Source of the DNA: Fibrobacteria bacterium
Lineage (GTDB): Bacteria > Fibrobacterota > Chitinivibrionia > Chitinivibrionales > FEN-1185
DNA: 64,000 bases
Reading direction: 5' to 3'
Assembly (NCBI GenBank): GCA_037447435.1
Contig: JBBIGR010000018.1
Span: 1-64,000 of the forward strand
A program made the translations under genes and the position numbers. Positions within the stretch are counted from its first letter, which is position 1; each line of letters begins with the position of its first letter. This document shows, in pieces, positions 1 through 9,356 of the stretch. A model generated the notes under the pieces. It did no database searches, was not told where the DNA came from, and saw only the letters and a list, made by a program, of their open reading frames with translations.

Positions 1-1
1 A

Positions 2-1063
2 TGCGTTTGCCCGATCGGCATAGGCAATTATTTGATGTGCTATCCGGCGTTTCATTTTCTTAAAAAAAAACGACCCGACTGTTCGCTGCACCTCATCGCA
101 CTCCGCCATAGCATCGGAACCCTGGCACATGGCGACCCGCTATGGAGCAGCATCGAGACCTTTGATCCGGATAAAATTAAAAAAGACGTTAAAAAGGGAC
201 TTGAAATCGTTTTGCGCCTCAGGGCAATGCATTGCGATGCCAGTTTATGTTTTTTTCCTTCAAATACCTGGCAGTATTTTGCCTTACCGTTTTTATCGGG
301 AATTTCTAAGCGGTTTGCGTTCAACTACGATAAAAAACGTCTTTCCAGTTTGTCTTTTTTATGCACCGATCCTCTTCGAGTAAACCCAAACCTGCATGAT
401 ATCGATCAGAATATAAAGCTTGTTGAATTGTTTCTTAATGAGAAATACGACGAGGTTCGAAAGATTTTTCCCAAACAGTTCGACGATGCGGACCTTGCCT
501 GGGCAGAGGACTATTGCCGCTCACGCACGCCTCATAAAAAAAGGATCGCCGTACATCCGGGTTCCAGCGTCGAGCACGGCATGGACGTAAAGCGATGGCC
601 CGCAAAGCGATTTGGAGAATTATGCGATAAAATTTGCAAAAAATTATCTGCGGAAGCGTTTGTCCTGGGTTCCCCCGATGAGGACGGACTGAAACGGGAA
701 ATGGCTCTTTCGATGAAAGAGAACGTGCATATTGTTGAATCCGTTTCAATCAAAAAGACCGCAGCTCTATTGACACAATGTTCACTTGCGCTTTGCAATG
801 ATTCAGGGATTATGCATATGGCGGCATGTTTGGATATTCCTACTGCGGGTATTTTTGGTCCAACGGATGAAAAACGAAACGGACCGTATGGTGAAAAAAA
901 TATTATAATTCGGAATCCCATGAAGGGTTTTCCGCTTTGGACTGCTGCAAACGTAGGGGACCGCACCGTCGGGTTCGGCCTGGATCCGAGGGCGAGTCTC
1001 AACAGCTTGACGGTAGATATTGCCTGGCAACAAATCGAAAACTGGCTTGAAAAAATTGTATAA
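2..1063 (+). CDS. Glycosyltransferase family 9 (LPS heptosyltransferase-like), 5'-truncated by window edge
   Basis: Frame is open back to position 2 (CVCPIGIGNYLMCYP); GT9 motifs HPGSS..KRWP, CNDSGIMHMAA, IFGPT. Confidence 0.85.
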   Translation, partial: CVCPIGIGNYLMCYPAFHFLKKKRPDCSLHLIALRHSIGTLAHGDPLWSSIETFDPDKIKKDVKKGLEIVLRLRAMHCDASLCFFPSNTWQYFALPFLSGISKRFAFNYDKKRLSSLSFLCTDPLRVNPNLHDIDQNIKLVELFLNEKYDEVRKIFPKQFDDADLAWAEDYCRSRTPHKKRIAVHPGSSVEHGMDVKRWPAKRFGELCDKICKKLSAEAFVLGSPDEDGLKREMALSMKENVHIVESVSIKKTAALLTQCSLALCNDSGIMHMAACLDIPTAGIFGPTDEKRNGPYGEKNIIIRNPMKGFPLWTAANVGDRTVGFGLDPRASLNSLTVDIAWQQIENWLEKIV

Positions 1064-1071
1064 GGAATCCA

Positions 1072-1101
1072 TTGCGAAGTTGTTGCATAGGAATGTAGAA
1101 T
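1072..1101 (+). promoter_or_regulatory. Putative sigma70-type promoter TTGCGA-N18-TAGAAT, bracketed by a 10-bp inverted repeat (1061-1070/1112-1121)
   Basis: Hexamers read directly upstream of the GAGGGAGG RBS and ATG at 1148; flanking TAAGGAATCC/GGATTCCTTA. Confidence 0.4.
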
Positions 1102-1147
1102 TTAAAGATACGGATTCCTTACGCATGTTTAATTGAGGGAGGATGCA

Positions 1148-3544
1148 ATGCTTCGAAACGTGTTTGCCGGCTTGATTATGATTGGTCTTTTTCATGCTAT
1201 CTATGCTTTACCCGCTTTTTCCATTAGGCCGGATTCCGGTGTGGTTTTATGCTGGCAAAAGAAAACAAATTCGTGGGTTGCGGTAAAGGACAGCACGGTA
1301 ATAGACCTTGGAGACTCGGTTTATCTCGATGATAAATACAGTGCAAAGATGCAGATGGGATCCGGTGCATCGATGCTTGTTCGAGGCGAACTGAGAATGA
1401 CCATTGCAGGGTCAGATTCACAAGTGATAATACGCTTGGACCAAGGGTCCCTGTTTTTTAAAAGAAAAGCGGGGGCAGCGCTTCCCGATGTTCTTTTTTC
1501 ATTGCGCGGTTGCAACTTTTCTCCCGTAGGGACTGCGGCAGGCATAAAATATACAAAACAGGGTGAACCGACGGTCGCGGTTTTGGAAGGGTCAATTAAA
1601 TGCGAGAATGCTAAAGGTCAGGCTATTGTTGTCGGCCCCGGCAATTCGGGTACATGGGAGGCTGCAAGCTCTTCGTTTAAGCAAGCGGCACTGCCTGCCG
1701 AAGTTATTGCCTTTCTGGAAAAATGGTCCGGCTCAAACCTAGATCAACCGCAAACCGCGGTTACGGTTCCGGCAGAGACCCCTGTCGCATCGGAAAACAA
1801 GACGGTCCCGCAAGGTGTCACCCCGACAGGTACGTTCTCGTCCGTTGCCGGGGAACAAAAGAAAAATCAAAGTGAAAACACCGTGCCTGCCAACGAAATC
1901 AAGGCTGCGGATGCGAAAAAATCTGAACCGCAAACGCCGACAAATGGTACTCCATCGGTTTCTCCGGCACCGGCTGCTGCTGCGGCGGCACAATCCGCTT
2001 CACCCGAGCCAAAAAAGGAAGTTGCTAAAACTGAAAAGACGGCTGATGTCCCCAAAGGGGCCCAATCTAATGCAGCTCCCGGTGTACGATGGGAAATATC
2101 CGCAGGGAGCGTGACCGTAGAAGGTAAGCAATGGACACGTATCGCGGTGTCGCCCGATATCCCAATTTGGAAATTCGGCATTTGTCTGGACCTGGAAATG
2201 TTCATAGATCCTGATGGAAGATTTTCGGACAAAGGATGGAAATTTGATAATGACAACACTCTTGCATCGATTTTCAGAAAAATCCGTTATGTCCGATTCG
2301 GATATGAAAATGAACCCGTATTTATTAAATTCGGCGGATTGTCGAGTGTTTCGCTCGGATACGGCTTTGTGGTAGACCGTTTTACAAATATGCTTCATTA
2401 TCCCGATGAAAAACTTCTCGGTCTTCAATTTTACCTTAATAACATTTCGCCGCTCGGCATTACACTGCAGACCATGGTGGCGGATTTTAACGATTTTAAA
2501 AACGACGGCGGCGTTGTTGCTGGAAGACTTGCGGTATGTCCCCTTAAAATCACCGGTATACCTTTGCTTGCCGATTTGTCGATCGGTGCCACATACGGTG
2601 TTGATTTAAATGAATATGCCCCTGCACGGACATGGGATTATTCCCTTACCGGTCCTGCCTCGGACCGCGACATGGACGGCATTGTGGACAGCGGATTTGT
2701 CCGGCAATTGTTTCGGGATGCGGGATCACAATTATCTCGGCCGGGCCGCGATAGCCTCATTGCAAAAGGTGAATATGATACGGTTATAGAAAATAAAGAT
2801 GCCTGGGCCCAACGGGCCACATCAAAGTACGCGATACTTGGTGCCGACATAGGGCTCCCTCTGATTAAAGGCGAAGTGTTCGGATTGGACGTTTACGGGC
2901 AGGCCGCAGTTGTTGCAGATACGGTCATGTTCAAGGCCGAACGTACGGGATGGGGCTTTGGCTTGCCGGGTGTTGCTTTACGGATAGGACCATTTTCAGC
3001 GCGGGTCGAATATCGCCATATCAGAGGCAGTTTTGTTCCCGGCTATTTTGGGCCTTATTATTTCGACGAAAGAATTCATAGAGATCCCATTGAAACAAAA
3101 TCCCAAGAAATCCGGCTCAAGTATCCTTCGGAAAATACCCTGGACGGTGTTTTCGGGACCATGGGATTCAATATTGTCAATGTTCTCATTCTCGACGGCA
3201 CATATCAATACCTTGTAGGGAAAAATAATGCTCAGGACCAACGACTTGAGGCGAATTTGGGCATTGGCGATGCAATTTTGAAACGTATCCCTAAAATCAC
3301 CAAGGCGGAAGTATATTTTTCGAAAACCGACATCGGTTCAACCGATATGCATGTTCCGGGGCCTACCGTCACCTATGATGGTTTCTTCGAAGAAACCCCA
3401 AGCATGTATTACGGATACCGAGTCGGGATTGGAATAACCCAAGGAGCGTCGATTATTCTTGATACACGGTATGGTTATATGTGGCAGGGAAACCAGCTTG
3501 TTCCAAACAACAACCTTATCCTGCAAACAGCCGTCACGTTTTAA
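1148..3544 (+). CDS. Secreted FecR-domain protein with Ala/Pro-rich linker and probable C-terminal outer-membrane beta-barrel
   Basis: RBS GAGGGAGG before ATG 1148; signal peptide; FecR-like segment (IRLDQGSLF...PVGTAA...VAVLEGSI); low-complexity linker; amphipathic strands ending in Phe (LQTAVTF). Confidence 0.6.
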   Translation: MLRNVFAGLIMIGLFHAIYALPAFSIRPDSGVVLCWQKKTNSWVAVKDSTVIDLGDSVYLDDKYSAKMQMGSGASMLVRGELRMTIAGSDSQVIIRLDQGSLFFKRKAGAALPDVLFSLRGCNFSPVGTAAGIKYTKQGEPTVAVLEGSIKCENAKGQAIVVGPGNSGTWEAASSSFKQAALPAEVIAFLEKWSGSNLDQPQTAVTVPAETPVASENKTVPQGVTPTGTFSSVAGEQKKNQSENTVPANEIKAADAKKSEPQTPTNGTPSVSPAPAAAAAAQSASPEPKKEVAKTEKTADVPKGAQSNAAPGVRWEISAGSVTVEGKQWTRIAVSPDIPIWKFGICLDLEMFIDPDGRFSDKGWKFDNDNTLASIFRKIRYVRFGYENEPVFIKFGGLSSVSLGYGFVVDRFTNMLHYPDEKLLGLQFYLNNISPLGITLQTMVADFNDFKNDGGVVAGRLAVCPLKITGIPLLADLSIGATYGVDLNEYAPARTWDYSLTGPASDRDMDGIVDSGFVRQLFRDAGSQLSRPGRDSLIAKGEYDTVIENKDAWAQRATSKYAILGADIGLPLIKGEVFGLDVYGQAAVVADTVMFKAERTGWGFGLPGVALRIGPFSARVEYRHIRGSFVPGYFGPYYFDERIHRDPIETKSQEIRLKYPSENTLDGVFGTMGFNIVNVLILDGTYQYLVGKNNAQDQRLEANLGIGDAILKRIPKITKAEVYFSKTDIGSTDMHVPGPTVTYDGFFEETPSMYYGYRVGIGITQGASIILDTRYGYMWQGNQLVPNNNLILQTAVTF

Positions 3545-3612
3545 TTGAAGGATTTCGTTGCGATACGATTGAAATACAGGCACACGAAAAAGGTACAAGC
3601 TATTTTTAATTT

Positions 3613-5220
3613 ATGAAAGAAAATTTTGAATCGTATTCCCGGTCTCCAATGACAAATCGGGTAGAGCGCACTATTTCCGGGCGATCGGACAAGCCTGCTG
3701 CAATAAATCTACGAATTCCAAAAAAGGGAAGAATACGTATTATTCTGTTTCTGGTCGTATGTGCTATCGCATGCAAATTCCTACTCCATAAAGATACTCG
3801 TCATAGGATCATTGCAAAATCGGCCATAGCGAAAACGCAATCGGGTGACCGTAGTTCCGTGCAAATCAATTCTGTTGCCCTGGATTCCATCAATCAGGTG
3901 CAAGAGCATACGCCTTTGCAAGCCGAAGACAATGCTGCGCCGTCAACTCCGCAAAAAGGACATTCTCAAAAAGAACAAAGTATTCCCAAAGAAAATACCG
4001 GTTTTTTCGGGGGGTTGAAATTGTTTGCCAAACCGGAAATCCCCAAATCGGGTTTTACACTATCGGATCTTTCGGCTTTATTAAAAAAGCATCCGGTCAA
4101 ACAGGGAACAATACGCGACAGTATTGATTCTGAAAATAAGCGATATGTGGTCCATTATAGCCTCGATACCTGCGTTCAGCATACGGCCGAGACTCTTATG
4201 AGGCAATATCATCCGAAATACGGAGCACTTATTGCGCTAAACAGCAAAACCGGCCGAGTACTTGCTTCGGTGTCGTATACCCGGGATGGCGAGCCGCAAA
4301 TCGGCACTAATTTGTTTGTCAAGAGCATCTTTCCGGCGGCATCCGTTTTTAAAACAGTTACCGCAGCGGCAGCAATAGAAAAAGGCGGACTTACGACCGA
4401 GTCCCAATTGCAACTGGCTGGCAGAAAATACACGTTGTATAAATTTCAGTTAAAACAGGATCTTCCCGCATCGCAACCCGTATCATTTGAACAGGCATAT
4501 GCATTTTCCATGAACCCTGTTTTTGCACGAATCGGGTTATATGTTGTCGGAGCAGCGGGGATAAAGGAATACATAGGTAAATTCGGGTTCAATAGCCCTA
4601 TTCCCTGTGAAATAGAAAACGATATAAACCACGCAGACGTTTCTACGAGCGATTCGCAAATGACAATTGCCGAAATTTCGTCCGGTTTCAACCAGAAAAC
4701 AAGGATGTCGCCTTTGTTCGGGGCAATGCTGGCGGCATCGGTTTGTGAAAACGGCAAAATGCCTTTGCCGACTTTCGTGGACAGTGTCACTTGCGGAGAT
4801 TCGTGCACGCTCTATCGATGTGAGCCGCATACCTGGCGAACGCCGATGAAACAATCCACCGCATCGAGTCTGAAAACGATGATGTCGCGGGTCGCACGAT
4901 TGGGAACGGCCCGCACCGCGTTCCGCTATATTCATCATTCGCAGTATTTTGACGAAATAGATTACGGCGGAAAAACAGGCACGGTCGACGAAGACGTACT
5001 TGGCAAAATAGATTGGTTTGTAGGGTTTGCCGAAAATCCGGCCGACTCGCGTCAGCACATTGCCGTTGGTGTCGTCACTGTTCATGACCAATTTTGGACC
5101 GTTCATTCGAGTTTTGTTGCTGCCGAAATATTCAGGAAATATATCCGCCAGGAGCAAATGGCCCAGAAAGCTGAAAAAAAAGAACAGGCGGCAACCGCCG
5201 GGATCAAACCAATCGGATGA
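3613..5220 (+). CDS. Penicillin-binding protein, transpeptidase domain
   Basis: Single N-terminal TM; catalytic motifs SxxK (ASVFK), SxN (SMN), KTG (GGKTGT). Confidence 0.85.
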   Translation: MKENFESYSRSPMTNRVERTISGRSDKPAAINLRIPKKGRIRIILFLVVCAIACKFLLHKDTRHRIIAKSAIAKTQSGDRSSVQINSVALDSINQVQEHTPLQAEDNAAPSTPQKGHSQKEQSIPKENTGFFGGLKLFAKPEIPKSGFTLSDLSALLKKHPVKQGTIRDSIDSENKRYVVHYSLDTCVQHTAETLMRQYHPKYGALIALNSKTGRVLASVSYTRDGEPQIGTNLFVKSIFPAASVFKTVTAAAAIEKGGLTTESQLQLAGRKYTLYKFQLKQDLPASQPVSFEQAYAFSMNPVFARIGLYVVGAAGIKEYIGKFGFNSPIPCEIENDINHADVSTSDSQMTIAEISSGFNQKTRMSPLFGAMLAASVCENGKMPLPTFVDSVTCGDSCTLYRCEPHTWRTPMKQSTASSLKTMMSRVARLGTARTAFRYIHHSQYFDEIDYGGKTGTVDEDVLGKIDWFVGFAENPADSRQHIAVGVVTVHDQFWTVHSSFVAAEIFRKYIRQEQMAQKAEKKEQAATAGIKPIG

Positions 5221-5227
5221 GGGGTAT

Positions 5228-6136
5228 ATGGCCAATTTAGAAAAAACGAGATCGGCATTTATTGCGTTGGTTGGACGCCCTAACAGCGGTAAATCCACAT
5301 TGGTAAATACCGTTATAGGCGAAGAGTTGGCTCTCGTGTCAACCTTGCCCCAAACAACCCGGAAAAGCTTTAAAGGCATTTACACTGAAGGTTCCTTGCA
5401 AATCGTATTTGTCGATACGCCGGGGATTCATCGGGGTAAACATGCATTCAACGAACGCATGATCGACGAAAGCGTTCGCGCCCTCGCGCAAGACGCGGCG
5501 GACGTCGTTTGCTATTTGGTCGATTTAAGCAGGCCATACGGCGATGAGGAAGATGTGGTTGCCACTATCGTGCGACGGGCCGCGCTTCCAACGGTCATCG
5601 TTTTTACGAAAAGGGATATTTGCGACGACGTAGAGGATATGATAAACCTGTTTTTTCTGCGCAATGAAAAGCTGGCGCCGTTACCGTACTGTGTCATAAA
5701 TGCCAAAGACCCGTCGGCAAAGCCCGCGTTTTTGTCACTTGTCGACCCGTTCATTCCCGAAGGTCCCATGCATTTCAGCGCCGACGACATGACCGATGAG
5801 AACCTTCGCTTTTTCGCTGCGGAATACATTCGCAAGCAGGTCATTTATAATACGCAAGATGAGGTCCCGCATGCGGTTTTTGTGGAAGTGACCGCGTACA
5901 GAGAAAGTGAAAAAAGGCATCATATCGAGGCGACAATCCATGTCGAAACCGACGGGCAAAAAGGCATTGTCATCGGCAAAAAGGGAAGTCTTATCACCAA
6001 GATACAAAAGAGGGCATCGGAAGACCTTGCCAAATTAACCGGCATGCCTGCATCAATAATTTGCCATGTTAAAGTGACGTCCGGGTGGCGAGACAACGAC
6101 TCATTTCTCACGAAGCATGGCTATAATTCACGATAA
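5228..6136 (+). CDS. era: GTPase Era
   Basis: GRPNSGKS, PQTTR, DTPG, G4 variant TKRD, KH domain with QKGIVIGKKG; start moved to ATG 5228 after a GAGGGG RBS. Confidence 0.95.
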   Translation: MANLEKTRSAFIALVGRPNSGKSTLVNTVIGEELALVSTLPQTTRKSFKGIYTEGSLQIVFVDTPGIHRGKHAFNERMIDESVRALAQDAADVVCYLVDLSRPYGDEEDVVATIVRRAALPTVIVFTKRDICDDVEDMINLFFLRNEKLAPLPYCVINAKDPSAKPAFLSLVDPFIPEGPMHFSADDMTDENLRFFAAEYIRKQVIYNTQDEVPHAVFVEVTAYRESEKRHHIEATIHVETDGQKGIVIGKKGSLITKIQKRASEDLAKLTGMPASIICHVKVTSGWRDNDSFLTKHGYNSR

Positions 6137-6179
6137 TGATTGGCGGCGATAACCGTACAAGTGTATTTTTTAAAAACGT

Positions 6180-6683
6180 ATGTTCATCCCGATAGAAATC
6201 AACTCTTTTGCCCTTATAGGGAACAATACTATTCCTGCAATCATTTTCCGGGAATGCGGAGGGAAACGCACGTTCGTCGTACCGGTAGATGCTTATGAAG
6301 CAAGTGCCATCGCATTAGCAACCCTTACCAAAGGTACTGCCGGTGCAATCGAAAATCATAGCGCTTCAATTCTGATACGGCAACTTGGAGCAACACTCGA
6401 AAAAACAGTGTTTTTTGCCTGTGAAGGACAAAAAATTAAGGCTGGATTACACCTTTTGCAACAAAAAAAAACGATCGTTGTTCATTGCAAACCCAGCGAC
6501 GCAATACTCTGCGCTTTGTTGCTTGGGGCGCCGATGCTTGCTAAAGAAGATGTTGCGTTCCAGGATGACAGTGAGGACGGCGGTACTGTATGCAAAAAAA
6601 TGGTCCTGTCTGAAGGTGAAAAAATTCGTCAAACAATTTATAATACCGACACTACCGAGTTCGGAAGATTTTATCCGGAGTAA
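6180..6683 (+). CDS. Bifunctional nuclease family protein (DUF151), divergent
   Basis: P.IIFRE..GKRTF.VPV..YEA..IA and CKPSDAI..AL...AP motifs. Confidence 0.65.
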   Translation: MFIPIEINSFALIGNNTIPAIIFRECGGKRTFVVPVDAYEASAIALATLTKGTAGAIENHSASILIRQLGATLEKTVFFACEGQKIKAGLHLLQQKKTIVVHCKPSDAILCALLLGAPMLAKEDVAFQDDSEDGGTVCKKMVLSEGEKIRQTIYNTDTTEFGRFYPE

Positions 6684-6687
6684 ATTT

Positions 6688-8505
6688 ATGCACTATACCA
6701 AGGTTTTAATCATAACTGTTTTATGCCTTGCATGTTTTGGCGCGTCGTCATCGTTACTTGATGACCCGCAGTATGTTTATAAAAAAGCTGTTGAGCAAGT
6801 CAGGCTTTCCCATTTTGATTCGGTATCCATCATTGTGAAAGCCTTCCTTAAAAACCACGGGAACGATAATGCCGCTGAGCAGCTTGTCCCCTTGCTCATA
6901 GAATCAAGTGCCCGGCAAAACGATTACGGCTTAGTACGTCGGCTCTTCGCGATTTATTCCAAAAAATACGGGTCGTCGGTATTTTTACCGCGATTATGGT
7001 ATTACGAAGGTGTCGCTCTTGTTAAGGAACGGGATTATACCGCAGCGTTGGTTGCTTTTTCTCATGCGGAAAACGGCGGCGTCGCATCAGGGGTCGACAG
7101 TCAAATTATCGTCGCTGTCCAGCATATCGGCGACAAAGTGTTGGCTGCCGACGAAATCGACGCTCTTTCAACACGCGGCGAACTCAATGCAAAAATCATT
7201 GAAGTGCTGCAGTTTTACGAAATTTCCAAACTGTTCGAATCGGGGCAGTTGCTTCGTGCAAAACAAAAAGCGGAACTTTTCTTAAAGCGGTATAACAAAT
7301 CCGGCTATTCGTCTCCCGTAAAGGATATAATCTCTAAAATAAATGAAGGCCAAAAAGGATTGGTCCAAATCGGGCTTTTGGCGCCATTGTCGGGATATGA
7401 TGCTGAAATAGGAAAACAGGTGTTGCAGGGAGCCCAAATTGCCATCGACCAATACACGTCGTCGACCGGAGCAAAGGTAAAACTTATTATTTGTGATACC
7501 CGGGGAAACGGCATAGAAACCGCCAAGAAAACCAAGGAATTGGTCTTGGAACATCATGTGCCGATAATGCTCGGACCGGTACTGAGCCAGGATGCCATCG
7601 TTGCCGCGTCCATGGTCATGGATAAAGACGTTGTCATGTTGTCGCCAACAGCCAATGACGACGGGATTGCTTCCCTTGGACCCAATATATTTCAAATGAA
7701 TGCGACACTCGGTTCTTTAGGAGCAAAAATCGCCCGATATGCTATGGAAAATTGCAATATTCGGGATTTTGCCATCATTGCGCCCGCTTCGGAATATGCG
7801 GAGGCCTTGTCAAAAGGGTTTCGCCAGGAAGTTGAAAAAAGCGGACGGGAGATTGTCGATGAACAGGTTTACGAAGAAGGAACAAAAGATTTTAAAAAGC
7901 AATACGATAATTTACAAGCAAAGTTGATACAGCGGAAGGCTCAACGGACTGCGGTTGAAAAAAGTTTGACCGGTGATGCAGCGCTGCCGTCACAACAAAA
8001 ATCCGAAATAAAAGTTCCGGCGGATTCGAGTTATGAAATAGGCGGTCTGTTCGTACCTGCAGAAGCCGAGGACGTTGTTATGATTGCGCCGCAAGCTGCA
8101 TTTCATCGTTTCAAAACGCAATTGCTCGGTTCCATCGGGTGGCATAATCCCAAAACTCTTGCCGATGGAAAAGAGTATGTCAACAATGCCCTGATTTCGA
8201 CAAATCTGCCCTTGTCTTCAAATCAAGTGAAAGAATGGCTGGATTTTAAGGCTGCCTATAAGGCGCGGTTCGCTGCAGAACCCGATCGTGCGGCCGCACT
8301 GGGATACGACGGCGCCAGCCTCATTACCAAATGTCTTAAAGAACTCGGTTCGTCGCCGACGCCCGCGCAACTTTCTGCGGCATTATCGAAAATAAAGGGC
8401 TATAGCGGTGCGTCGGGAATGATTTCTTTGGACCAGGGCCAACGGATCAATTCCGAGGCAACTATTTTGAAAATCAAAGACAAACAGTTCATCAGGGTAC
8501 AATGA
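6688..8505 (+). CDS. LpoA-like PBP activator / TPR-helical plus type-1 periplasmic-binding-fold protein
   Basis: Signal peptide from ATG 6688; helical TPR-like N-half; IGLLAPLSG...G..VLQGAQIA, MLGPVLS, AALGYDG, GASGMISLD motifs. Confidence 0.7.
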   Translation: MHYTKVLIITVLCLACFGASSSLLDDPQYVYKKAVEQVRLSHFDSVSIIVKAFLKNHGNDNAAEQLVPLLIESSARQNDYGLVRRLFAIYSKKYGSSVFLPRLWYYEGVALVKERDYTAALVAFSHAENGGVASGVDSQIIVAVQHIGDKVLAADEIDALSTRGELNAKIIEVLQFYEISKLFESGQLLRAKQKAELFLKRYNKSGYSSPVKDIISKINEGQKGLVQIGLLAPLSGYDAEIGKQVLQGAQIAIDQYTSSTGAKVKLIICDTRGNGIETAKKTKELVLEHHVPIMLGPVLSQDAIVAASMVMDKDVVMLSPTANDDGIASLGPNIFQMNATLGSLGAKIARYAMENCNIRDFAIIAPASEYAEALSKGFRQEVEKSGREIVDEQVYEEGTKDFKKQYDNLQAKLIQRKAQRTAVEKSLTGDAALPSQQKSEIKVPADSSYEIGGLFVPAEAEDVVMIAPQAAFHRFKTQLLGSIGWHNPKTLADGKEYVNNALISTNLPLSSNQVKEWLDFKAAYKARFAAEPDRAAALGYDGASLITKCLKELGSSPTPAQLSAALSKIKGYSGASGMISLDQGQRINSEATILKIKDKQFIRVQ

Positions 8506-9356
8506 TTTTCTTCTACTTTGTAAAAGAAGCGCTTCGAGGATTCTACCAGGCCAAACTTATGACCTTTGTTGCGGTTGTCACCATCGGACTCACCTTGTTT
8601 TTTTTAGGCTGCGTCATGGTAGGCTATTTGAATATAAAACAGTGGCTGCAAAGCGCGGCAGAAAGGGTAGAGGCCGTCGCGTATATCGACGAACCTGTGG
8701 CGGCCGATTCGCTTGCCCTTGCCGAATGTGTCTCGGATATCCGTTCGACGCAGGGAGTGGTCAAGACTGTCGTAGTTGACAAAAAGGAGGCTTGGGCGCG
8801 TTTTAAGTCCCTATACGGGACTGCGATGCTCGAAGCGGTCGAAGATAACCCCTTTCCGGTTTCGGTCGAACTGACACTCGATAAGAATACGCAGACGACC
8901 GATCGGGTGCAAACGCTCAAAAAAGAACTGTTGTCGGTTCGGGGCATCGAGGAGGTACAGGTTTCGCAAGCGTGGGTCGCGATGGTTCAAAAATTCAGGA
9001 ATTACTTCCTCGCTGCTACCATTTGCATCGGGTTGGTTTTGATCGTCACATTGCATTTCATGATTGCCAATACCATCAAGCTGACCATTTACGGACGCAA
9101 AGAACTGTTACGCAACATGCATTACGTTGGGGCAACGTCTGCCTACATAAAAATGCCGTTTATCCTTGAAGGTATCCTTCAAGGTCTTGTCGGGGGCGCT
9201 TTGGCCGTGATTGCGCTTTTTATCGTCAAGATTTCTCTTTCGCATGTTCCCGTTTTCTGGGGACATTGGTCTCTATTTTTCTTTCTTTTTCCCATAGGGG
9301 CAATGTTCGGGTGCATAGGAAGCATGAGTGCGGTGCGCAAATTTTTGGTTGCTTAG
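8502..9356 (+). CDS. ftsX: Cell division permease FtsX
   Basis: 4-TM topology, DNPFP, IANTIKLTIY.R..E...M..VGAT..YI..PF.LEG. Confidence 0.92.
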   Translation: MIFFYFVKEALRGFYQAKLMTFVAVVTIGLTLFFLGCVMVGYLNIKQWLQSAAERVEAVAYIDEPVAADSLALAECVSDIRSTQGVVKTVVVDKKEAWARFKSLYGTAMLEAVEDNPFPVSVELTLDKNTQTTDRVQTLKKELLSVRGIEEVQVSQAWVAMVQKFRNYFLAATICIGLVLIVTLHFMIANTIKLTIYGRKELLRNMHYVGATSAYIKMPFILEGILQGLVGGALAVIALFIVKISLSHVPVFWGHWSLFFFLFPIGAMFGCIGSMSAVRKFLVA

